From positions 68,200,001-68,264,000 of the forward strand of contig OX597828.1 of assembly GCA_951406725.2 (NCBI GenBank): 64,000 nt of DNA. The letters run 5' to 3'. The notes below the pieces were generated by a model. That model was not told where the DNA came from. It made no database searches and saw only the letters and a list, made by a program, of their open reading frames with translations. The stretch is from Octopus vulgaris. Lineage: Eukaryota. Numbering within the stretch: the first letter of the stretch is position 1; every line of letters starts with the position of its first letter. A program made the position numbers and the translations under genes. Shown here piece after piece: positions 10,901-22,900 of this stretch.

Positions 10901-13900
10901 AAACGATGATGATGATGATGACTATATTGAATTGATCAAGCATTATTTCAAAGCTTCAAGATTTTGATGATGAGATTGCTTAATTTTAGAATAACATTGC
11001 AGGGTAAGTGTAAAAGGCTGGATTTGGCCAGTTTGAACATAAAACAAGTAGAATATTTTGGCCAGATATGGCCAACGGCCAAGAAGCCCAAACTAAATTA
11101 GGTCCACTGCTCAAAGTTAGGTCATAATTTGAACTCAAGACCAACAATGTGTTCAGTAGTCTATCATTTCACTTCACCCTTTCTCTGTGCCTCAGTGATA
11201 GATCTCTTCAATTTGAGTTCACTTGGTAATACAACAACAATAATAAAAATAAATGAAGGAGCTTAACCAATTTTTCACATCACATAAATAAGAACACATT
11301 TGATAATATAGTCTTAGATACACTTATGTATGAAAACAAAAAAGAAAAATATCAAGTTCTGGAATAGATCCTTATATATACTCAATTGAGAACTGACCTG
11401 GGGTTGAACAGCAACAACCAAGTGACAATCATTAAAACAAAACAATTTTGTGGATTTCAATGAAGAATCATGCAAAGAAAAGGGGAAAAAGGGAAGAAAA
11501 AAGACAATTTTCAAAGAAGGAATTGCAATTTCCCTAATCAACTTACGAGGTAAAAGTCGAGGTTTATAAGGCAGCATTTGTTCAAGGTCTGGTTTGGGAT
11601 ATTCTGGTCTCTTTCTGTTATCTTCTTCATCATTCCAATTCCGAGGAATACATTCACCAGTTGAAGGGACTTGAGCTACGTGCATTGAGGAAAAGTTCTG
11701 CAAAACAAATAGGTATATACATAATAATGATGATGACGATGATGATGATGTATACCTATTTCTTTACTACCACAAGGGGCTAAACACAAAGAGGACAAAT
11801 AAGGACAGACAAACGGATTAAGTCGATTACATCGACCCTAGTGCGTAACTGGTACTTAATTTATCGACCCCAAAAGGATGAAAGGCAAAGTTGACCTCAG
11901 CGGAATTTGAACTCAGAACGTAACGGCAGATGAAATACCGCTAATCATTTCGCCCGGCATGCTAACATTTCTGCCAGCTCGCTGCCTTTTGATGATGATA
12001 TATATATCATCATCATCATTGTCATTTAACATCAGTTTTCCATGCTGGCATGGGTTGGACAGCTTGACAGGAACTAGCAAGGCCTGGGGCTGCACCAGGT
12101 TCCAAAGTCTGTTTTGACTTGGTTTCTACGCTTGGATGCCTTTCCTAATGCCAACAACTTTACAGAGTGCACCAGGGACTTTTTATGTAACACCATCACA
12201 AGCACATTTTATGTGGTATCTTGGTTTTTAGACAGACACACAATAGCAAAAATGCCTGAAAAGAAGAGAAAAAGGCTGACACAGAAATTTCTCTCCATAT
12301 AATTAAAAATCAAAATTAATTACAAAATCAATTATTGATGTGTAAATGCTTGATGAATGGAAGAAAGGAAGATGTTAGAATATAATTAATAATATACAAT
12401 TAATTAACAGAGGCATCAAGGTTTCTAATTCTTCAAAAGAAATGAGGGTTTATGTCTACAAAATGAACTTAATTCCAGAGTCTCTTTGGCGTATACTCCA
12501 TAAACTATGGAGCATATTCTACACAACTTCCTTCACTTTTAATGCTATACGAGCACATTTGAGGTGAGCTGGTGGATCAGAAATAATCCGTCTACATATA
12601 AGAAAGTGAGCAGAAACTGGGGTGAGGAGGAAGAGGAGGAGGCGGTGCCGGTGATGATGATGGTGGTGGTGGTGGTGAGGGTGCTGATAGTGATATCGGT
12701 TTGTGTGGTTTTCATTAAGTGGTGGTGGTAATAGTGGTAGTGGTGGTACTGGTGTTGGTGGTGATGTGACGATAATGAAGATGATGATGATGAGTGACAA
12801 AAGTTTAAAAATCGACACTTACTCTGTAACCCAAAGCCTTCAACTCCATCTGTGAACAAGGGTAGAGATCCATGTATTTGTAGCGATCAATCAACAGGGC
12901 CGTTTCTTTCCCTTCAAATTCTTGGAGCTGAAATCATAACCACATTAACACAGCGTCAACAGGGTTTCTATTGAAACATTTCCAAAGCTCACAGACACTC
13001 AACAAGTCTCTTCTACAACAGGTATTCTGCTGTGAAACATCAAATCAATTGTATGGTTTGATCAAAATAATATTTATAGAAGAAAGAAGGTTCACAAGAA
13101 TCACAAATACAAGAATTTTTGATGACACAAAGAAGTTTACAACTTGGCGCTGATAAATACCTGATTTGTAGCTGCGGCTCTTCTCTTTTCTACTTTTAAA
13201 ATACTTGATAAATCTCCAACTTCAGACTCAAAAGAAAGAAATCGACTCCAGATTTCACTGTTGATAAAAGAGAAAAATAATAAAAATATATAAATAAATG
13301 CTTGAAATACATTACACTACCCCCAGGGGCAGAGAGTTGAGTTAGAGGATATCAGACCAAATATCTTATAGTTTTTAGTTTCAGTTGTGAGTTTCAAATG
13401 TGACAAGAAGAAATTTGTATTCTTTTATTCCAAAGTTCAAAAAAAAATTTTTTCAATAAAAAAACATACATGAAACATGGTCACCACACACAAGTGGATT
13501 GTCTAAGACAATGGTAACTCTGAATAAGAACTGATAGAGAGTAGGAGGATCTGTTTAACCCAGCTGCAATGATAATGCTATAATATACACCAAGTCCACA
13601 TGGTAAAACAGCAACAAAGTTGGCCATTTATCTGTACTGTGAACTGTGATGAGTGGTAAGACCTAGCCAACCCATGTCTGCGTAGAAAAATAAACATAAA
13701 ATGATGATGATGGGGAGGTGGGGGCTTAGGGAATAAATTCCTGAGAGAAATTACTCAGGGATGGTATATGCATGAAGCACAATAGTCAAGTTAATTGTTT
13801 ACCACCATAATGAGTTCTCACAGCACTGCATTCAAATTTTGGCACAAGGCCAGCAATTTCAGAGAGAGTTTTAAGTTGATTACCTCAACCCTAGTGTTCA

Positions 13901-16900
13901 TCTGGTACTTATCAACCCCAAAAGGAGGCAAGGCAGAGTCAACCTCAGCAGAATCTGAACTCAGAACATAAAGATGGACAAAATGCTGCTAAACATTTTG
14001 CCCAGTGTGCTAACGATTCTGCCATCTCACCAAAATTAATTATGGTAACTTAAATTATCGATATAATATTAGAATCAAATAACAACACTTCCCTGTGTAA
14101 CAATTGACATTCCAGTTAGCCATGCTGAGATGGACAAGAATATAATTCAACTGAAACCAATCACCTTCATCATCATCATCATCATCATCATCGTCATTGT
14201 TTAACGTCTGCTTTCCATGCTAGCATGGGTTGGACGGTTTGACTGTGGGCTGACAAACCAGATGGCTGCACCAGACTCCAGTCTTGATCTGGCAGAGTTT
14301 CTACAGCTGGATGCCCTATGTTCACTAAAACTGTAAACTTTAACATACTTAGTTCTATATCACACATTCCTGGTTTCAAATCTTACCAAGATTGATTCTT
14401 CATTCCACAATCTACCTCTCATTCTTCCTAAATTATCACTTTTCACTTGAAGGGACACAACACACTTGTTCACACTGGTAAACACACACACACAGGGTTT
14501 GTTTTTTTTTGCCATGTCACATGACAAACAAGCACCAGAGATAGCCATGCAAACTGTGTTAGAATCGACTTGCCTGACTTATGCCAGCACAGAAAAGGAA
14601 AACCAAATAAGTGATGATAGTGTGTGTGTGTGCACATGTATGCATATGTGTGTGTATAGAGGAAGAGAGAAGTCAGAAAGTATTACCTAGATCTTTCTGG
14701 AGGGATCTGACCGGAAGACAAAACTCTTTCGTACAGCACTCGAGTATTGTTATCCTCTGTAAATAAAAAAAGAAACAGAAATTACAAAAACCTCTGGAAA
14801 TGAGGCATACATTATATTAAACACACACATACATATATATCACCATATACATATGTATATATGTACACACACACAGATATACACATATATATATATATAT
14901 ATTAATTTACGAAGGTGTCGTTAATTCTATTGTTATCCAATGTAACTATTTTTAAAATGATAATCAATAACACAGGTGATAGCAGGCCAAAAAATAGCAT
15001 TAAATAGCCGAGGGATTAAACTTAATCAAAGGACATACTAGGTATGTCTACCTGCCTGAAATAACAGTCAAAACTCTTATTAAATCGCCAAAAATTGGTA
15101 AAATAAAACCATAGCTTCTTAGCTAAGGTTTTTCTACCAAAGCAGAAACCAGTCCGTGTGAGTCCAAATACTTAAATGTATGTTATTAGATTGTCTTAAC
15201 CTGATTTTGCCTTCGTTTGGTTTCTGTAGTTTTCACCAGTGTATTTTTGGAGATTTAATAAGGGTTTTGACTGTTGTTTCAAGCAGGTAGATATACTTAG
15301 TATGTCCTTTGATTAATTATATATATATATATATATATATATTACAAATATTAAACCAAAAATTATAATTGATTAGATTGATCATGGATCAGATTTTCAG
15401 ATGGAATGCAGCAGCAGCAGGAGTTTATTATGTTTACTATTCAGAGCCACAACCTCCTCTGGTAAATCTGTTGTACTTCCACTGTATGTGTTTGTATGTG
15501 TGTGTGTATAACATATTTGCTTGCATTTATTTTTCATTTTTAAATGTATAAAAAAAAATTGCCCTGCATCTAACGTGGCCATATTACAGATGTCGTAGGA
15601 TAGGGAACTGTATAAACATAACTCCACTAGATACACTAACTATTACTGATAATAGAATATTGAAAGCCAGCCAAGATATCACAGCCTGTTAGTACAAAAA
15701 AATTGCTTATAGTATTTTGGCAGTTATGTGGAAAGGTCACATCACCCCATTTATACCTCCATCCCTGGGTATACATAACCCACACATGCGTCTTATATTA
15801 TTTAATGACTGTGTTACCTACAAGAAATATTTTTTTAATTATCTAAATGAAATTTCTCCTAAAAAGGTGAAAGAATTGTTAAATTTTCCTCTGCTTATCA
15901 GCCATTTCACAATGGCAACAAGACCATGGCAGTGGTGCACCTTTCTGGCAGCTGATTGCAGCAACACAAAGCATCACAGCCAGAAATACAAGTTTTACAT
16001 CTTGTATAGAAATTCTCTTGACCAAAATATAAACAACTATTCAGCTGAACTGAAAGAAGATTCTGTTGAAATACGGTACTTGTATAACGTAGTTTATTAA
16101 AGATAAACTTATGGTTTCATGCATCATTCCAGTATACTGTCACAGAAATCATCATCATCATTTAACGTCCGCTTTCCATGCTAGCATGGGTTGGACGATT
16201 TAACTGAGGTCTGGCGAACCAGACTCCAATCTGATCTGGCACAGTTTCTAAAGCTGGATGCCCTTCCTAACGCCAACCACTCCGTGAGTGTATAGTGGGT
16301 GCTTTTATGTGCCACTGGCACGAAGGCCAGTTTGGTGGTACTGGCAATGGCCACGCCCAAATGGTGCTTTTTATGTGCCACCTGCACAGGAGCCAGTCCA
16401 GTGGCACTGGCGATGACCTCGCTTGAATGTTTCATGTGCCACCAGCACAAGTGCTCACAGAAATCATACATTTTCTTCTACTGTGGCTTTGTTTAATTGC
16501 AAGCTGATTGGTTGGTATCGAGGGCACATTACCTAATCCTCTAAGAGTAGTCTGAACCTAGTTACTAAAACTGTAAGGTTTCAATTCTAGACTTTGTTAC
16601 ACAATAAAACTATTTTAAAATATCTTTCAATAGCTGTAAAATGAAACATACCAAATTTTTTTTTCTCTACAAAATATACTTGTAAAATAGGGTTCCCCTC
16701 TAATGCTGCTATGTGTTTTATATGTCAGCAAATACAGTATGTGTACACAATGTAAGAGATATTTTTGAAATACAATGAGAGACAATAAAAATGTGATTTG
16801 CAAAGTGTTACAAATGAAAATATTTACCGTTTAAATGTGACATAAAATCAACATAGCCAAGAACATAATCTGGAATTTCTCCATATTTCTTCAAACCTAG

Positions 16901-19900
16901 TTCAAATATTCTCAGAGCCACAGTTTTTTCCTGTGAATAAATATTATCTTACAAATTACACAGAACTGTAACAAACATGTTGTTTCATAAAAGATTAAAA
17001 ATTAAAATTGACAACAAAAATAAGTAATATAACTTATGAATAGAATTCATAGGGGCTGTACAGAAGCTTGTTGTGCGTGTGAGAGCGGGGTATGTATGTG
17101 CATGTATTTGTGTCTATGTGTATGTGTTTGGGTTTGTTCTTGTGAGTGAGTGTGTGTGTGTGTGTGCATGTATTCATGTGCATATGTGTCATAAGGAATG
17201 GCTGATAAATCGATGACTCAAACAAAAATACCATTATTCTAGATACACTGCAATGAATTAAATCCATTATAGCTGGATAAAAGTCAAATATTTTTATTGA
17301 GGCTTTTCATAATCTAACAGTGAAGGTGTACAACCTGGTTGGTTCAATGCCTAGGCAAGGCAGTGCATGTGTTCGTTTTACATTGCTCCAGTCTGGTGAA
17401 CTTTAATGAGTACCAGCTGAGCGTTGGTGTAGTCCTCCCTCCACCACCAGCTGTCATACTCTGGGTGCTCCTCTCAGTCAACAGTGAAAGGATTGGGAGT
17501 AGGGTCTCTATCTGCGCCCAAATACATTAGCTCCAACAATTTATGAGAGTATGGTAATGCTATTAAACTGTCCTCAATTGTCAGAGAAAGCTATGGAAGT
17601 AATTAATAAATATATTCCAGAATGTATATAAATGTAGAATTGAAATTTAGTTGAAACTGCATTTGATTTCTATTATTTTATGGTGGCCATGCTGGGGTAC
17701 CTCCTCACATTGTCTTGAAGTCTTGGCTGAAGGAATTCTTCAATAATAATATTTTGCAATTTCAAGACGTTAACCGCATCATAAATAGTTTTGCAATTGT
17801 TACTTTACAATTAGATGATCCCCAGATTATTTTTCAGTGACTCATCATCATCATCATTTAACGTCCGTTTTCCATGCTAGCATGGGTTGGACGATTTTGA
17901 CTGAGGGCTGGCAAACCAGATGGCTGCACCAGGCTCCAATCTTAAACTCTGCCAAATCAAGATTGGAGCCTGGTGCAGCCATCTGGTTTGCCAGTCCTCA
18001 GTCAAATCGTCTAACCCATGCTAGCATGGAAAACGGACGTTAAACGATGATGATGATGATTCAAACACACACACACACATTTTTTCCTTTCAAGATTCTG
18101 AGTTCAAACTTGGCTAGTAAATTAAGTATAGAAAATCTGGAGATACTCAGTGAAACAGAGTCTAAAACACAGGAACAGATGGAGGTCCTAGTCTATTGTT
18201 GTTTAAAAATGATTTTTAAAATATTCTGAACTGATGGAATATCAGAAAACCACTGACCTTACTACAATAATATTCCGTTAGTGCAGCCGATACATAGACA
18301 TGGAAGCGAGTCCGAGTGTCATCACGAGCCATTTTAAAGACAAGGCGAGCAGCTTTAATTCCTTCTGCTCTTCGAGCAAACTTCATGTATTGAATGTAGG
18401 CCTGTTTAATACAACACAAAAATCAAGAGAGAAAAATAAAAGTTTCTGTTTTCTCGTAATTACGAAGAAAACTAATTTCAACAAAAGGTCACAATAAAAT
18501 TAGACATGTAACAAAGGTACCTGAAAAAAAAAAAAACAATAAAAAAATCAACATCAAAATGAAAGGGCTGTGGGAATGACAATGAAAATAATTTTCTCCT
18601 TCTTCAGATATACATTATATACAATTGACAGATATTTGTCCTTATCTTGTTTGTTGTTAACACGTTTCAGCTAATATACCCTCCAGCCTTCATCAGGTGT
18701 CTTGGGGAAATTTCAAACCTGGGTTCTCATTCCTAAGGTATTTTTCAATGTTGCTGTTGTTATTGTTGTTGACATCATCATCGCCGCCGCCACTGCCACC
18801 ACCACCGTCATCATTCAGGTCACTGCCTGGAATCAAACTCGGGATCTTGGAGTTAATAGCCCGCACTCTTAACCACTACACCATATGCCCCAGGGTCGAA
18901 ATTTTCCCCAAGACACCTGATGAAGGCTGGAGGATATATCAGCCAAAACATTGTGTTAACAACAAACAAGATGAGGACAAATATCCGTCAAATGTAAATA
19001 ATGTAAATAATTCCTCATCTCTTAAATATAGAACTGTATTATTTCAGATATGTTTGAAACAGTTGAATGTTTGTACCAGACTGCAAAGTCTTCCATGTTG
19101 AGTTCAATTCCACAACAAGTATTTCATTCTTAATATTTAAACAAGTAACAAGCTGCCAGGAAGAAAATTTGCCTCTCTTTCATTCAATACCTATTTCTTG
19201 AACTCACAACGTAACGACAAACAAAATACCGCTATGCATTTCACCCGGCGTGCTATCGTTTCTGCCAGCTCACCGCCTTCATTCTTTCATTCAATGCCAT
19301 GAAATTTGAGTGCAATTGTGAACTTTCATCACAGTGGGGAGGGGTACATCGCCATATTTTAAAATTTTCCCATGCACAATATGAAAAGACAAACAATATA
19401 AAACAGTAAACAATAATATAAACAAAAGGAATCCTACCAGTGTTGGATCAATTTCTTGAATAGCCAAAAGACGTTTGTATATTGAATGGACCTTGTCATT
19501 TTTCATACGACTCTGAAAGGAAAAACATTTATTATGAAAGAAATTATTGATGAATGTTATTTAAAAAGTTAAAATATTTGATAAAGAATTATTGCTGTTT
19601 AACTCCAGGTCAATACTGATAGAGCAAACCTATGACTGAAGGCATTCTAGCCATGACCATCCTGTCATTATTGTCATTACCAAGTGGCTAGCAGAAAAGC
19701 GTCCGGAGGACAGTCCTTCTAGCAGTACAAAATAATGGTGTAAGATTTAAATTTGGCAGATGTGTATCATTAAAACAGAGACAGATGGTATTAAAAGATT
19801 TAATGCAAGCAATTTAGATGAATACCTCTTCAAAATCTGCATATGCAAAATACAGCAACATATTTGTCTTCAAGAGTGTTGTGATTGCTCGTTCATAGAT

Positions 19901-22900
19901 GGCAGCAGCTTCATCAGCAAAGATTTTCCCAGCATTTTGGTCCTTGAATTTAAAATCACAAAAAATAAAGAACATTTTATAATTATTATTATCATTGTTA
20001 TTTTTTTTTGTATATCAGGGTAATTTTGGGTTGGGTGCAGTATACCCAAATCCTCTGAAGTGGTTGTCCCACCATCATGTTTGGAACCCATTTTGTTGTT
20101 GTTATCATTGTTCTATTTGGTCATTGTTATTTACAGCTATTCATAATGCCTTTATTGTTGGGATGGATCTGAGAACAGCATGTCATCAAAGTGACACTGG
20201 GTACAAATATACAAAGCCCAATATACCCATCAGGACTACCTGTCTGATAAGGGTACACCAGGCACATACATCGCAGTCATATGTGCATAACATGGTGATC
20301 TCGTATCAAGATAAACAGTACATGACCTTACAGGTGGAGCCCAATTAGAATTTCTTCAAGTTGAGTAGCTCATCTCACTCAAATGATCCCTGAATAAGGG
20401 TTGTTGAGGGATGATGAACGAAGTGCCCATGATTCCAGAGGTGAATTATTCAAATCTCAAAGAATTCCTCTCAACATATGGCTATGATACTCCCCCACTA
20501 GTCCTGCTCATGATCAGAGAGGTATATATTGTCAGCCATTAACCCTTTCATTACTGAATTTATTTTGAGATTCTCTATGTTTCTTTCAATTATTTTAAAT
20601 CATCATCATCATCATCATCATTTAGCGTCCGCTTTCCATGCTAGCATGTGTTGGACGGTTCAACTGGGGTCTGTGAAGCCAGAAGGCTGCATCAGGCCCA
20701 GTCTGATCTGGCAGTGTTTCTACGGCTGGATGCCCTTCCTAACGCCAACCACTCCGTGAGTGTAGTGGGTGCTTTTTACGTGCCACCCGCACAGGTGCCA
20801 GACGGAGCTGGCAAACGGCCACAGACGGATGGTGCTTTTTACGTGCCACCGGCACAAGGCCAGTCGGGGCGGCGCTAACAAAGAATTTAGCAAAATAACT
20901 TAGTTATCGTTAAGTTAGTGTTAGGAACATTAATTGTGACTGAGGTTTGGTAGAAGATTTTAATTCAAAACCTATGAAAACAAGACATTTATACTACAGA
21001 ACCAGAGCCGGTTTCAGCCGGGTTGGTAACGAAAGGGTTAAAGGACATGCTTAACTGGTTAAGCAAATCTGTGGTATGTAGCAGGATATTTGTTGTAGCC
21101 CATGTTTTACATCAAGACAAAACATGTACATGATAACACTTCCAGTCAGTTAAGAGCAGAAGCCATGAGAGCCACTGCTTGGTACTGCATCAATTATTGT
21201 TGTCGTTATATTATCAATATTGTGGTTATATTCAGAGAGGAACTAGTACAAGACACAAATACAGTTTGCTGAAACAGTGAAGCATTTCACCGTTTCCTCC
21301 AGTTACTTCCGTGAATGCTCCTACCATTTCTATAATGATAGCAGCTACTTACAAGCCCTCACAGTTTTTCTCATTGTGGTGAAGAGAGAAAATTGATAAC
21401 ACTGGCTGGGAGAGACAGGAAGTTGCACTGTTACATGCAGGAAGGGCTAATGAAAGGGTCTTTGTCAGGAGAGCTGATGAAAGGTTCTTTGTTAGGAGGG
21501 CTAATGAAAGGGTCTTTCTTAGGAGGAACTAGAAAGGAAGAGAAAGAGAGGAAGAAGACGGGCTCTTCTTTATTAATCCATTATCCTCCACCACACATCA
21601 CATTCACAACCCAGTGCAGTCACCTCTCATGAATTCCACATCAGATTTCTCTTATATTCGATTATTGTGCTCTGTCATTCATATACATTATTATTATGGA
21701 TCCAATAGAATACATGGAAGATGGTAGTCTGGATTAAGGCATGCCTGGATCAAATCCAGTTGGTGGCTTCTCCCTTATCTGTCGCTGGGTTACCTTTCTT
21801 CACATTTATTTATCTTGATAAAAAGAAAAATTTAAAGAAAAAATTGGCACTCCATTGATTACAACATGAAATTAACATGAAAGTGGCTGAGTACACCACA
21901 GACATGCATACTCTTCTTGTAGTTTTCAGGGAGATTTGGCATTACACACGATGTGACAAGGCTGGCCCTCTGAAATATAGTTACTACTCATTTGTCACCA
22001 GCTGAGTGGACTGGAGCAACAGAAAATAAAGTATCTTGCTGAAGGACACAATATGGACCCTGGGCCATATCCCTGCTCACTGCTATCTGGGTAGGAATAG
22101 CTATCCAAAGTGCAAAGCCCTGTGAGTCAGAGTGGTTGTTCCAGTGCATCTCCCTCACCTTTGTCCAGGGCAGCAACTTTCCCATTCAGTCTGCTGGGAC
22201 TATGAGGCAGTCTGACTTACAGGAAATTGAGAAAAAGTAAGAATTTCAGAGCTTCCTACGCAAATGATAAACTAATATATATCCAAGCATGATCGTTACC
22301 AACGTCGCCTTACTGGCACTTGTGCCGGTGGCATGTGTAAAAAGATTCGATTGAGGTCATTGCCAGTAGCGCCTGACTGGCCCCGTGCTGGTGGCACGTA
22401 AAAAGCACCCACTACACTCTCGGAGTGGTTGGCGTTAGGAAGGGCATCCAGATGTAGAAACTCTGCCAGATCAAGATTGGAGCCTGGTGCGGCCGTCTGG
22501 TTTGCCAGCCCTCAGTCAAAATCGTCCAACCCATGCCAGCATGGAAAGCGGACGTTAAACGATGATAATGATGATGATGTATTGAAACCATGCCGCAAGT
22601 TTTACTTACTATGTGCTCTTACTGGAATTCATCTGTCATAAGAAATATTTCTCTGCAGACTGAAGGAATTTCAGTTAAAAACTTTTCTCATGTACGGATA
22701 CATTAGTAACAATCTATGACAGCAGAAGGATATATTAATAATAATCTCTGTTAACAGCAGAGAGCTACATTAGTAATAATCTATGTTAGCATTGGAATAA
22801 AGTGACAGTGTAAATATGGAGAGACTATATGAGAGATTAAAATGTCAATGACTGGCATTGACACCTCAATCTAATTAAGGTCTTTTTATATTAATTAAAT

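Noticed and set aside
12519-12859. His/Pro/Thr-rich ORFs
   Set aside because: Translations of triplet microsatellites within an intron, partly overlapping a real exon in another frame.
21444-21524. CTGATGA...GAAA...TC in the 27-bp tandem repeat as a hammerhead
   Set aside because: Stems I and III do not pair convincingly; the motif is a by-product of the repeat unit.
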